Shown: in pieces, positions 1 through 9,500 of the stretch
Layout: each line of letters begins with the position of its first letter
Position numbering within the stretch: position 1 is the stretch's first letter
Source of the DNA: a bacterium CG_4_10_14_0_2_um_filter_33_32
GTDB lineage: Bacteria; Patescibacteriota; CPR2_A; CG2-30-33-46
Direction of reading: 5' to 3'
Length of the DNA: 59,358 bases
Assembly: GCA_002792735.1 (NCBI GenBank)
Contig: PFOW01000058.1
Location: forward strand, 1-59,358
Translations under genes and position numbers: made by a program
Notes under the pieces: generated by a model
Told to the model about the DNA's origin: nothing
Database searches by the model: none
Seen by the model: the letters and a program-made list of their open reading frames with translations, nothing else

Positions 1-114
1 TTTGGGTAATATTTCACCCATTGATTATTTAATAAAAACTGTTCCGGAGTCTCAAATGTGCGTGACGCGTACATAATATTGAAATTTCCACGTAATTATG
101 GTAACCTGTATTAT

Positions 115-378
115 ATGATTAAAACAGATAAGAACAACAAAAAAGAAGAATTTAAGAAACACGAAAAGGACACTGGTTCAACAGGTGTTCAAATTGCACA
201 GTTAACTGAGAATATTAACCAGCTTACAGAGCATCTTAAAACTCACAAAAAAGATTTTTCTGGCCGTAGAGGTTTATTAAAGATGGTTGGTAAAAGAAGA
301 AAACTTTTAGATTATTTAGCAAAAAGATCAGCTAAAGAATATAAAAATATCATAGAAAAATTAGGCTTAAAAAGGTAA
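115..378 (+). CDS. rpsO: 30S ribosomal protein S15
   Basis: Last 87 aa of ORF 58..378 carry the S15 signature ([48 protein letters not shown]). The first 19 codons are not S15-like, so the internal ATG at 115 is preferred. Classic rpsO-pnp synteny. Confidence 0.9.
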   Translation: MIKTDKNNKKEEFKKHEKDTGSTGVQIAQLTENINQLTEHLKTHKKDFSGRRGLLKMVGKRRKLLDYLAKRSAKEYKNIIEKLGLKR

Positions 379-385
379 AATAATT

Positions 386-457
386 GTGCTAGGGATTGAA
401 GATAAAGTGAATGTTAAAATTTAGGTTTAACGTTAACTTTTCCTTGATTCTTAGCAC
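386..457 (+). promoter_or_regulatory. Long imperfect hairpin in the rpsO-pnp spacer (rpsO terminator and/or pnp leader processing stem)
   Basis: GTGCTAGGGATTGA (386-399) pairs with TTGATTCTTAGCAC (444-457), about 14 bp including G-U pairs, around an inner GTTAAA/TTTAAC stem. Followed by GTAGTTTT and the pnp SD. Confidence 0.35.
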
Positions 458-477
458 GTAGTTTTGGAAGGAGAAAA

Positions 478-2550
478 ATGGAATTTGTTTCCGTTTTAGG
501 TAAAGTTGGGAATAAAGATGTGGAGATAAGTACAAAAATCATCGCAGAACAGGCTGATGGTTCTGTATTAGTTAAAATAGGTGATACTGTTGTATTGGCA
601 AGCGCTATAATGTCGTCTTCGCCGAGGGAAGATATAGACTTTTTTCCGTTATCTGTTGAATATGAGGAAAGATTATATGCCGCAGGTAAGATTTCTGGCA
701 GCAGATTTGTAAAAAGGGAGGGTAGGCCTACTGATCAAGCGATACTAACAGGAAGATTGATAGATCGTTCAATTAGGCCTTTATTCCCTAAAAATTTAAG
801 GAATGATGTTCAAGTTATCTTAACTGTTCTTTCGGTAGATGGCGAGAACGATTCTGATATTGTAGCAGCTATAGCCGCATCCTCGGCCTTAGCTATTTCA
901 GAAATTCCATTTTTAGGACCTATAGCAACTTTTAGAATTTCTGGGGCAGAAAATCAATTTATTGTAAATCCTACTTATAATGAACAAGAAAATAGCAATT
1001 TTGAGGTTATTGTAAGCGTTGTAGATAATAAAATAACAATGATAGAGACTTTAGCGAAAGAGGCAAAAGAAGAAGAGATTGTAAAAGCTTTTGACCTAGC
1101 TTTAAAAAATTCGAAAGATATTATCAGCTTACAAGAAGAATTAGTGAAGAAAATAGGCAAAAAGAAAATAGAAACCGTAAAGCCTAGTGAAGATTCGGAA
1201 ATATTAAAATCGGTAAAGGAATTAACGGATAAAAAATTAAATAATGCTATTTTTGGAACGAAGAAAGAAATTAAAGAAGACTTAAATGATATTAGTGATG
1301 AGATAAAAGAAATTTTTAAAGACGATAAAGAGAAAAAAAATCATGCTCTAAAACTTTTTGACGATTTAGTACATAAAGAGATAAGAAAATCTATATTAGA
1401 AGAAGATAAAAGACCCGATGGTAGAAAACTTGACCAGTTAAGGAATATTACGGCTGAGGTAGGAGTTCTTCCTAGAACTCATGGATCAGCAATATTCAAA
1501 AGAGGAATGACCCAATCTTTAACAGTAACAACTTTAGGATCAACAGCTGATGCTCAAATATTGGATACGATGGAAGAAGATTCCACTAAAAGATATATGC
1601 ATCATTATAATTTTCCTCCATATTCTGTCGGAGAAACAAAGCCACTAAGGGCTGCGGGAAGAAGAGAAATTGGTCACGGCGCATTGGCAGAGAAAGCATT
1701 GATAAATTTAGTACCATCTAAAGAGGAATTTCCGTATACTATTAGAGTTGTATCTGAAATATTATCATCTAATGGTTCAACTTCCATGGCTGCAACATGC
1801 GCAAGCACTCTTTCTCTGATGGATGCCGGGATACCTATTAAAAGTCCGGTTGCCGGTATATCAATAGGTCTTGTGGCTTCTGAGGACGAGAAAAGCTTTA
1901 AATTACTTACTGATATTGCAGGCTTAGAAGATTTTTCAGGTGATATGGATTTTAAAGTAGCAGGTACAAAAGACGGCATTACTGCAATACAGATGGATAC
2001 CAAATTAAAAGGCATAACTTTTGAAATTTTAAAAGAAGCTATAGAAAAAGCCAGAATTGCTAGATTGGAAATATTAGATATTATGCTTAAGGTTATTCCA
2101 GAGCCGCGTAAAGATTTATCAAAATACGCACCACGAATAAGTAAAGTTACTATTAATCCTGATAAGATTCGCGACGTTGTCGGGTCTGGAGGGAAAATTA
2201 TTAATAAGATTATCGAAGAAACGGGTGTGGAGATTGATATTGAACCCGATGGAACAGTGATGATATTTTCCAATAATCCTGAAGCAAACAAAAAAGCCGT
2301 AGATTGGGTTGAAAGGCTTACTCACGAATTTAAAGCCGGTGAGGTTTTTGACGGAAAAGTCACCAGGGTTCTGGATTTTGGAGCAATGGTTGAGGTTTTG
2401 CCTGGGCAAGAAGGTTTAGTGCATGTTTCAAAGCTAAGCAAAGGTTTTATTAAAGATATCAGGACGGTTGTAAAAGTTGGCGATAAAATGAAAGTTGTAG
2501 TTACTGAGGTTGATTCAGAGGGTCGTCTCAATCTTCAAAAAATTGGCTAA
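478..2550 (+). CDS. pnp: Polynucleotide phosphorylase (PNPase)
   Basis: 690-aa ORF with two RNase PH-like halves, a KH region and a C-terminal S1 domain (GEVFDGKVTRVLDFGAMVEVLPGQEGLVHVSKL). SD GGAAGGAG lies just upstream of the ATG. Confidence 0.95.
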   Translation: MEFVSVLGKVGNKDVEISTKIIAEQADGSVLVKIGDTVVLASAIMSSSPREDIDFFPLSVEYEERLYAAGKISGSRFVKREGRPTDQAILTGRLIDRSIRPLFPKNLRNDVQVILTVLSVDGENDSDIVAAIAASSALAISEIPFLGPIATFRISGAENQFIVNPTYNEQENSNFEVIVSVVDNKITMIETLAKEAKEEEIVKAFDLALKNSKDIISLQEELVKKIGKKKIETVKPSEDSEILKSVKELTDKKLNNAIFGTKKEIKEDLNDISDEIKEIFKDDKEKKNHALKLFDDLVHKEIRKSILEEDKRPDGRKLDQLRNITAEVGVLPRTHGSAIFKRGMTQSLTVTTLGSTADAQILDTMEEDSTKRYMHHYNFPPYSVGETKPLRAAGRREIGHGALAEKALINLVPSKEEFPYTIRVVSEILSSNGSTSMAATCASTLSLMDAGIPIKSPVAGISIGLVASEDEKSFKLLTDIAGLEDFSGDMDFKVAGTKDGITAIQMDTKLKGITFEILKEAIEKARIARLEILDIMLKVIPEPRKDLSKYAPRISKVTINPDKIRDVVGSGGKIINKIIEETGVEIDIEPDGTVMIFSNNPEANKKAVDWVERLTHEFKAGEVFDGKVTRVLDFGAMVEVLPGQEGLVHVSKLSKGFIKDIRTVVKVGDKMKVVVTEVDSEGRLNLQKIG

Positions 2551-2563
2551 TCCTAAATATCTA

Positions 2564-2592
2564 TTGACAAATTAACGAAATTATATTATAGT
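2564..2592 (+). promoter_or_regulatory. Sigma70-like promoter candidate
   Basis: TTGACA (2564-2569), 17-nt spacer, TATAGT (2587-2592), upstream of the UDG/RNase J genes. Confidence 0.4.
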
Positions 2593-2685
2593 ATTTTGAT
2601 TTGGGAAAACACAGCTCTAAATAATTAAATAATTTTCAGGCGTTTTTGGTCTATAAATGATTCTTTGATTTACTTTGATCTCTTT

Positions 2686-3288
2686 ATGATTACAAAAAAA
2701 GAAATACTCAATTCTAGGTCTTTGCAGCAAATTAATAATTTAGTATCTAAATGTAAAAGATGCGATCTTTATAAAACAAAAAAATGTGATGTTTCAGGTG
2801 AAGGTAATTCTAAGGCCAGTATATTGTTTATTGGTGAAGGTCCAGGCAAAGCAGAGAATAAGACTGGCAGGCCTTTTGTAGGCAGAGCAGGAAAGTTTTT
2901 GGATTCTTTATTAGGATCAATCAATATTAATAGAAAAGATATTTTTATTACTAATTTGATTAAACATTGGCCGCCTGATAACAGAAAGCCTAAAAGGGGT
3001 GAGATAGGCGCTTGTTTTCCTTATCTTGAGACCCAAATTCGGATTGTTAATCCAACTATAATTGTGTTACTGGGAGGATTTTCATTTAATGTATTTTTCC
3101 CGAGTGAGCAAATTTCAAAAGAACACGGTAAATTTTTAAATAAAGATAGTAGGGATTATCTTGCTTTATATCATCCGGCAGCAGCTATTTATAATAACAA
3201 TTTAACAAATATTTTAATGAATGATTTTCAAAAACTTAAAAAGTACGAAAATTATAATAAGGAGAAAAATGTTGGAAAAGACAGATAA
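2686..3288 (+). CDS. Uracil-DNA glycosylase, family 4
   Basis: Family-4 UDG motifs GEGPG...GRPFVGRAGKFLD and C-terminal YHPAA, plus an N-terminal Cys pair (CKRC). Start ambiguous: TTG 2665 or ATG 2686. Confidence 0.8.
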   Translation: MITKKEILNSRSLQQINNLVSKCKRCDLYKTKKCDVSGEGNSKASILFIGEGPGKAENKTGRPFVGRAGKFLDSLLGSININRKDIFITNLIKHWPPDNRKPKRGEIGACFPYLETQIRIVNPTIIVLLGGFSFNVFFPSEQISKEHGKFLNKDSRDYLALYHPAAAIYNNNLTNILMNDFQKLKKYENYNKEKNVGKDR

Positions 3289-5014
3289 ACAAAATATTGG
3301 GCCACAGAAAAGTCATCAGCCCACACAAGATCCAAAAGAATCTCAAGAACCTAAATTAAGGATTATTCCTTTAGGAGGTGTTGAAGAGATCGGTAAAAAC
3401 ATGACCATTTTTGAGTATGGTAATGACATAATTATCGTTGATATGGGTTTTCAATTTCCTGACGAAGAAATGTTAGGAATCGATTATGTTATACCTGATA
3501 CTACTTATCTTGAGGCACATAAGGAAAAAATAAGAGGTGTTATTATAACTCATGGTCACATGGATCATACCGGCGGTATTCCATATATTATACCTAAAAA
3601 ATTTAGTGTACCAATTTACACCGGTAACCTTACTGCTCATATGATTAAAAAGAGACAGGAAGAATTTGGTAATGCTGCAGAGATTAAGATTAATACAGTA
3701 AATCCTGACAAGGATATTATTCAGTTAGGTGTATTCAGAATAGAATTTTTTAGAGTTAATCATAATATTCCTGATGGAATGGGGTTAGCTATCCATACAC
3801 CAGTCGGCGTAATTATACATACCGGAGATTTTAAATTTGATCATACGCCAGTTGATGAAAAACCTACTGATTTTTCTAAATTAGCAAAATACGGAGGTGA
3901 GGGAGTTTTGGTATTAATGTCTGATAGTACTTCAGTAGACAAACCTGGTCACTCAATTTCAGAAAAAGAAATTGGAAATAATCTTAATAATATTTTTGCA
4001 GGTGTTAAAGGAAGATTAATCATAGCTTCTTTTTCGTCTCTAATTTCTAGGATTCAGCAAATTATCAATGCAGCTGAAAAGTTTGGAAGAAAAGTGGCAG
4101 TTGTTGGAAGAAGCATGAATGATAATGTTCAGATTGCAAGAGAATTAGAATATCTTAAAATTAATAAGGGCGTATTAGTTGATATTTCTGAGACAAAGAG
4201 TCTATCAGATAATAGAGTAGTAATTCTTACTACCGGAAGTCAGGGGGAGGAACTTTCCGGTTTAATGCGTATGGCTTCCGGAGAACATAAAGATGTAAAG
4301 ATAAGAAAAGGTGATACTGTGATTCTATCTTCTTCACCAATTCCTGGCAATGAACGTTCGATTGTATCAATGATGGATAATTTATTTAGAGAAGGTGCAC
4401 GAGTTATATATAATAAACTAATGGACGTTCATACTGGTGGTCATGCAAGGCAGGAAGATTTAAAACTCATGATTGATTTAGTAAAACCTAAATATATTAT
4501 TCCTATTCACGGCGAAAGACATAAACTCGTAATGCATAGTGATGTTGCCGCAAGTGTTGGTATTCCTCAAGATAATATTTTTGTTGTTGATAACGGTCAA
4601 ATTATAGAATTCGATAGCAAACAGCATGGTAGAGTGAAAAGAGAGAAACTGCAGGTTGGTTATGTAATGGTTGATGGATTAGGCGTTGGAGATGTTGGCA
4701 ATATTGTTCTTCGTGATAGGCAAGTTATGTCTAAGGATGGTATTTTTGTAGTTATTTTGACTATAGATCGGAAAACTGGCCGTTTATTAAATAGTCCAGA
4801 TATAATTTCTAGGGGATTTGTTTATATGCGTGAATCCGAGGCACTTATAAATGGTGCTCGCGATAGAGTTCGGAAGTCTCTTGAGAAGAAAGACGGTACC
4901 TATCCATCTAATTGGGCTTATATTAAGAATAAAATTAGAGAAGATATGGGTGAATTTTTGTATCATCATACTCAAAGACGTCCTATGGTTTTACCAGTTG
5001 TCATAGAGGTGTAA
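3269..5014 (+). CDS. rnj: Ribonuclease J
   Basis: Metallo-beta-lactamase motif HGHMDHTGG, beta-CASP region and RNase J C-terminal domain. ATG 3269 is preceded by AAGGAG (3259-3264) and preferred over ATG 3221. Overlaps the UDG gene by 20 nt. Confidence 0.9.
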   Translation: MLEKTDKQNIGPQKSHQPTQDPKESQEPKLRIIPLGGVEEIGKNMTIFEYGNDIIIVDMGFQFPDEEMLGIDYVIPDTTYLEAHKEKIRGVIITHGHMDHTGGIPYIIPKKFSVPIYTGNLTAHMIKKRQEEFGNAAEIKINTVNPDKDIIQLGVFRIEFFRVNHNIPDGMGLAIHTPVGVIIHTGDFKFDHTPVDEKPTDFSKLAKYGGEGVLVLMSDSTSVDKPGHSISEKEIGNNLNNIFAGVKGRLIIASFSSLISRIQQIINAAEKFGRKVAVVGRSMNDNVQIARELEYLKINKGVLVDISETKSLSDNRVVILTTGSQGEELSGLMRMASGEHKDVKIRKGDTVILSSSPIPGNERSIVSMMDNLFREGARVIYNKLMDVHTGGHARQEDLKLMIDLVKPKYIIPIHGERHKLVMHSDVAASVGIPQDNIFVVDNGQIIEFDSKQHGRVKREKLQVGYVMVDGLGVGDVGNIVLRDRQVMSKDGIFVVILTIDRKTGRLLNSPDIISRGFVYMRESEALINGARDRVRKSLEKKDGTYPSNWAYIKNKIREDMGEFLYHHTQRRPMVLPVVIEV

Positions 5015-5017
5015 GAT

Positions 5018-5047
5018 AAAAAAAACCGGCTTTAAGCCGGTTTTTTT
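5018..5047 (+). terminator. Rho-independent terminator after rnj
   Basis: A-run, CCGGC (5026-5030) / GCCGG (5036-5040) stem, then T7 (5041-5047). Confidence 0.7.
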
Positions 5048-5122
5048 ATATGAAATTTATCGGCATTTATTATTTAAAGTTAGCTACTAATTATTTATAT
5101 TTTGAGGTATAATTATTAGTAT

Positions 5123-7261
5123 ATGTCACCAAAGAAAAGGAAAAATAAGCGAAGAAGAAAGTCCTTTTTTTATCCTAAAAGTTCTGAGTCAGAAATGGAT
5201 TTAAGAGTAAGCCCTGATACTATCAGGGAAATTGCCGGCGTTTCTCTTATTGTATTTGGAGTAGTTTTTTTACTGGCGGTATTAAATTTAGCCGGTAATT
5301 TAGGTTCAATTCTTTATTCGCTGTCAAGGATAGTTATAGGCTGGTCTTCTTTTTCCTTGCCAGCTATTTTTATAATTTTAGGAATAGGATTTCTTTATCC
5401 TCAAAAAATATTAATTAGGCCATCGACAGTTTTGGGAATAATTATTTTTATTATTTCATCGGCAGCTTTTATACATTTACTTTTTGCTTTTAAAACTACT
5501 ATCTCACAGTTAAAGCTAGGCATTGGTGGAGGTTATGTAGGTTATGGAATAACTCTTCTTTTTTCACAGGTTTTTGGATTTTGGGCTTCGCTAGTGATAT
5601 TTTTAGGGGTTTTGATTTCATCTATTCTTTTAACATTTAATACGTCTTTTTCGAGTTTTAGAGATAAGTTAACTGAAATAAAAGATAATCAGAAAAAACC
5701 GGAAGTGGTTGTAAACACGCCGCCTGATTTTAAAACAGAAGTAAGGGAGATTTCTAATAAATCAAAGCTTTCTCGAGTATCATTACAGGAAAATAAAGAC
5801 ATAGAACTTTCTTATACTGATACTTTAGATAAAGATTGGAAACTTCCGCCACTGGATTTGCTTTCTGATGCTATTACTGCTCCTGATAGTGGAAACATTA
5901 AAGAAAATGTGAAAATTGTAGAAAGAACTTTATCTAATTTTGGAGTTTCGGTTGAAATGGTTGATGTTAATGTTGGTCCAACTGTTACTCAGTATACTTT
6001 AAAACCTGATGACGGAGTTAAACTTAACAAAATTACAAGTCTTAATAATGATTTAGCTCTAGCCTTAGCTGCCCATCCCATTCGTATTGAAGCTCCTATC
6101 CCGGGTAAATCATTGGTAGGAATAGAAATACCCAATAAATCAGTATCTACAGTAAGATTAAAAAGTTTATTGGAAGCAGAATCATTTCTAAAAAGAAAAT
6201 CCAATTTAACTATTACTTTAGGTAGAGATGTTGCCGGTTCTCCTTCTTATGCCAATTTGGATAATATGCCTCATCTATTGATTGCCGGTAGTACAGGTTC
6301 TGGTAAAAGTGTTTCTATTAATTCATTGCTTATAAGTCTGCTTTATCAGAATTCACCAAGAGATCTTAAACTGCTTTTGGTGGATCCTAAGAGAGTGGAA
6401 ATGTCTGTTTATAATGGTATTCCTCATCTTTTAACTCCCGTTGTTACAGAAGTGGATAAAACAGTTAATGCTTTAAAGTGGATGGTTTCTGAAATGGAGA
6501 GAAGGTATAGGCTTTTTCAGCAAAACGGAAAAAGAGATATAAAATCATATAATCATTCTTTAAAAGATGAAAAAATGCCTTATATAGTTGTTATAATTGA
6601 TGAATTAGCTGATTTGATGACAGTCGCTTCTAATGAAGTTGAGGGCGCAATTGTAAGATTAGCTCAAATGGCTAGGGCGACCGGAATTCATCTTGTAGTT
6701 GCAACCCAAAGACCATCAGTTGATGTTATTACTGGTTTGATTAAAGCTAATATTACGACAAGGGTTGCATTTGCAGTTGCCTCACAGGTAGATTCCCGCA
6801 CTATTCTAGATATGACTGGCGCAGAGAAACTACTTGGAAAAGGAGATATGCTTTATCTATCTTCTGACAATTCAAAACCAAAAAGAATTCAAGGTGTATA
6901 TATATCTGATGCTGAAATAAAAAAAGTTACAGAATTTCTTAAAGGCAAGGAAGAAGCTACATATAATAATGAAATTCTTGAAAAGAAGATCGAAGAATCT
7001 TCTATTTCAGGTTTAGGGAGTATGGGCGATGATTCTTTATATAGAGAAGCAGTTGAGGTTGTTATTGCCGCAAAGAAAGCTTCTGCTTCCTTACTTCAAC
7101 GAAGGTTAAGAGTCGGTTATGCGCGTGCCGCAAGATTGTTAGATATATTAGAAGAAAAAGGTATAGTTGCCCCTCAAGAAGGAAGCAAGCCAAGAGATGT
7201 TTTAATCTCTAATGCTGGAGAAACTGAGGAGACGGACGAGGAAGAATATCAAAATTTGTGA
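5123..7261 (+). CDS. ftsK: DNA translocase FtsK/SpoIIIE
   Basis: N-terminal multi-TM region, Walker A GSTGSGKS, Walker B VVIIDELAD, C-terminal gamma winged helix (LLQRRLRVGYARAARLLD). Confidence 0.9.
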   Translation: MSPKKRKNKRRRKSFFYPKSSESEMDLRVSPDTIREIAGVSLIVFGVVFLLAVLNLAGNLGSILYSLSRIVIGWSSFSLPAIFIILGIGFLYPQKILIRPSTVLGIIIFIISSAAFIHLLFAFKTTISQLKLGIGGGYVGYGITLLFSQVFGFWASLVIFLGVLISSILLTFNTSFSSFRDKLTEIKDNQKKPEVVVNTPPDFKTEVREISNKSKLSRVSLQENKDIELSYTDTLDKDWKLPPLDLLSDAITAPDSGNIKENVKIVERTLSNFGVSVEMVDVNVGPTVTQYTLKPDDGVKLNKITSLNNDLALALAAHPIRIEAPIPGKSLVGIEIPNKSVSTVRLKSLLEAESFLKRKSNLTITLGRDVAGSPSYANLDNMPHLLIAGSTGSGKSVSINSLLISLLYQNSPRDLKLLLVDPKRVEMSVYNGIPHLLTPVVTEVDKTVNALKWMVSEMERRYRLFQQNGKRDIKSYNHSLKDEKMPYIVVIIDELADLMTVASNEVEGAIVRLAQMARATGIHLVVATQRPSVDVITGLIKANITTRVAFAVASQVDSRTILDMTGAEKLLGKGDMLYLSSDNSKPKRIQGVYISDAEIKKVTEFLKGKEEATYNNEILEKKIEESSISGLGSMGDDSLYREAVEVVIAAKKASASLLQRRLRVGYARAARLLDILEEKGIVAPQEGSKPRDVLISNAGETEETDEEEYQNL

Positions 7262-7268
7262 GGAAAAA

Positions 7269-8252
7269 GTGGTTCCAAAATTTAAAACAACCGAAGTAAC
7301 ACCTTCTGAAACCTTAGGTGAGAAGCTAAAAAAAATAAGAGAAGGGTTAAAGTTGAGTTTAGCTGATGTAGAGAAATCTACAAAAATACAGAAAAAATAC
7401 ATCAAAGCTATTGAAGAGAACGATTATAACTCTCTGCCCGCAGATGTTTATACAAAAGGTTTTCTAAGTAATTATTCAAAGATTCTACGTATAGACGGTA
7501 ATAAGGTATTAGAAATCTACAAGAAAGAAAGAGGTATTATTGATAATATTCAACAGACCAAAAAACCAAGAAATATCAATAAACTTAAATCTCCAAAGTT
7601 TATAATAACGCCAAAAAGTATGCTGGTATTTTTAGCTGTTATTCTTGCCTTTGGAATTATTAGCTATATCGGTTACGAAATTTTTATATTAACATCTTCT
7701 CCAAAACTACAGATTATCTCGCCGGTAGATAATTCAGTTATTAAAAAAAACTTTATAGATATTACAGGTAAGACAGATGAAGGAGCTGACGTTTATATTA
7801 ATGGTCAAAAGGTAAATATTTCAGAAGCAGGCGATTTTAAGATTAATGTTGGTATTGGACAAAAAGGTGTTAATGTAATTAAGATAGTTGCTAAAAATAA
7901 TAAAAACGGTAAAACAACCGAAAAAATAACTAATGTTATAGCAGAAATATCAGAAGTTTCTTTACCTAACCAGCCGGCTACCCCAGAGTTGTTAAATAAT
8001 GTAAAAGTTACTTTAAAAATTGATTCTGGAACGGCATGGATTTCATTAGTCAAAGACGGTAATAAAGATTTTGAAGGTATAATGCTTCCGGGTACAATCA
8101 GGGATTTCGAAGCAAAAGATAAAATTATACTAACAACAGGTAATGCTGGAAGTACGGAAGTTATTTTTAATGGTAAAAGTTTAGGTAAAATCGGAGGAGA
8201 TGGAGAAGTAAAAACAGATTTAGTTTTTGATCAAAATACCAAAGTTGAATGA
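7269..8252 (+). CDS. rodZ: RodZ-like cytoskeleton protein (HTH + TM + DUF4115-like C-terminus)
   Basis: XRE-type HTH (LGEKLKKIREGLKLSLADVEKSTKIQKKYIKAIEEND), a single TM, an Ig-like middle and a RodZ C-terminal-like domain. GTG 7269 follows GAGGAAAAA and avoids overlap with ftsK; the ORF track start at 7212 lies inside ftsK. Confidence 0.65.
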   Translation: MVPKFKTTEVTPSETLGEKLKKIREGLKLSLADVEKSTKIQKKYIKAIEENDYNSLPADVYTKGFLSNYSKILRIDGNKVLEIYKKERGIIDNIQQTKKPRNINKLKSPKFIITPKSMLVFLAVILAFGIISYIGYEIFILTSSPKLQIISPVDNSVIKKNFIDITGKTDEGADVYINGQKVNISEAGDFKINVGIGQKGVNVIKIVAKNNKNGKTTEKITNVIAEISEVSLPNQPATPELLNNVKVTLKIDSGTAWISLVKDGNKDFEGIMLPGTIRDFEAKDKIILTTGNAGSTEVIFNGKSLGKIGGDGEVKTDLVFDQNTKVE

Positions 8253-8336
8253 TTGTATAATTCATGATAAGTTAAGTTGTATTAAATAATAAGAATTAAT
8301 GCCCGTTTGTAACGTTATGCTTGCATAAACGGGCAG

Positions 8337-8408
8337 GCCCGCCCTCACTTACAGTTTCTGGCGGGCCTCGGCTTCGGCAAAGAATATATATTCCGAAGCC
8401 TCGGGAGG
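8337..8408 (+). promoter_or_regulatory. Conserved two-hairpin intercistronic element, copy 1 (ends in the recA SD)
   Basis: Hairpin 1 GCCCGCC (8337-8343) / GGCGGGC (8360-8366). Hairpin 2 GGCTTCGG (8370-8377) / CCGAAGCC (8393-8400). SD GGGAGG 8403-8408. Near-identical copies at 15800-15871 and 38484-38554. Confidence 0.6.
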
Positions 8409-8415
8409 TAAAATA

Positions 8416-9426
8416 ATGGATAACAAAGAAAAAGAGCAAAAGTTGCAAGCGGCTAAAATTGCAGTTGAGCAAATCGAAAAGAGATTCGGTAAAGGCTCTA
8501 TTATGCAATTAGGAGAAGCCAGAAGGGTAGATGTAGATGTCATTCCTACTGGTTCAATATCTATAGATATTGCTTTAGGGGTAGGTGGAATACCAAGAGG
8601 ACGAATTATTGAAATTTTTGGCCCAGAAAGTTCAGGTAAAACAACACTGGCCCAACATATTGTTGCTGAAGCGCAAAAAAAAGGAGGAGTAGCAGCTTTT
8701 ATTGATGCTGAGCATGCTTTGGATCCGGAATATGCCAAAAATATAGGTATTAACTTAAATGATTTATTAATTTCTCAGCCTGATACAGGGGAACAGGCTT
8801 TGGAAATCACTGAAACATTGGTAAGGTCTAATGCAGTAGATTTAATCGTAGTTGATTCTGTAGCAGCTCTTACACCTAGAATGGAAATTGAAGGAGATAT
8901 GGGTGACTCATTTATAGGATTACAGGCAAGATTAATGAGTCAAGCTTTAAGAAAGTTAGCCGGTGCTATTTCAAAATCAAACTCCATAGTTATATTCATA
9001 AATCAGATTAGAATGAAAATTGGTGTGATGTTTGGTAATCCTGAAACAACACCGGGCGGTAATGCTTTAAAATTCTATTCTTCTGTTAGGATCGATATAA
9101 GAAGAATTGGTCAGATAAAAGATAAGGAAAATATTATTGGTAATAGAACAAAAATAAAAGTTGTTAAAAATAAGGTAGCCCCTCCTTTTAAAATTGCGGA
9201 ATTTGATATCATGTATAAAGAAGGTATATCAAAAGAAGGAGATATTGTAGACTTGGGTGCCGAAATGGGTATTGTTGATAAATCGGGTTCATGGTATCAA
9301 TATGGAAAGGAAAAGATAGGTCAGGGTAGAGAAGCGGCCAAGCAATATCTAAAAGATAATCGAAAATTAAGAGATGAGATAGAGAAAGAGATAAGAAAAA
9401 AAATAAAAGAAGAAGTCGCAGCATAA
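8416..9426 (+). CDS. recA: Recombinase RecA
   Basis: Walker [10 protein letters not shown] and near-universal RecA core sequence over the full length (336 aa). Confidence 0.97.
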   Translation: MDNKEKEQKLQAAKIAVEQIEKRFGKGSIMQLGEARRVDVDVIPTGSISIDIALGVGGIPRGRIIEIFGPESSGKTTLAQHIVAEAQKKGGVAAFIDAEHALDPEYAKNIGINLNDLLISQPDTGEQALEITETLVRSNAVDLIVVDSVAALTPRMEIEGDMGDSFIGLQARLMSQALRKLAGAISKSNSIVIFINQIRMKIGVMFGNPETTPGGNALKFYSSVRIDIRRIGQIKDKENIIGNRTKIKVVKNKVAPPFKIAEFDIMYKEGISKEGDIVDLGAEMGIVDKSGSWYQYGKEKIGQGREAAKQYLKDNRKLRDEIEKEIRKKIKEEVAA

Positions 9427-9451
9427 TTTATAAATTATGGTAATGAAGTAT

Positions 9452-9490
9452 AAAAAAATCCAAAAAATTAATCTAGTTTTGGATTTTTTA
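9452..9490 (+). terminator. Rho-independent terminator/attenuator between recA and recX
   Basis: ATCCAAAA (9458-9465) / TTTTGGAT (9477-9484) followed by T5; flanked by an A-run. Confidence 0.55.
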
Positions 9491-9500
9491 AAACAATATT

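Noticed and set aside
58-114. N-terminal 19-codon extension of S15 from the ORF-track start
   Set aside because: The extension ([19 protein letters not shown]) is not S15-like. The internal ATG at 115 gives a normal-length S15.
1674-2291. 205-aa ORF antisense to pnp, and the other antisense ORFs at 975-1160, 2119-2409 and 2322-2531
   Set aside because: It lies entirely within the well-supported pnp coding region. The sequence is low-complexity and Ser/Ile-rich with no SD or family resemblance, which is typical of spurious antisense frames.
3221-3268. Upstream ATG for RNase J from the ORF track
   Set aside because: ATG 3269 has an AAGGAG SD at the correct distance. The extra 16 codons lie inside the UDG gene and add non-conserved sequence.
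8366-8400. Reading the repeat element simply as a sigma70 promoter (TTGGCG as -35 and GAATAT/TATATA as -10)
   Set aside because: The spacer would be 18-21+ nt and both hexamers are poor matches. This reading also does not explain the compensatory substitutions that preserve hairpin 2. It is retained only as an alternative hypothesis in the finding.
8349-8738. 129-aa minus-strand ORF spanning the recA start and repeat element copy 1
   Set aside because: It is antisense to RecA and runs through the structured element. It has no start context or homology. RecA on the plus strand explains the region.
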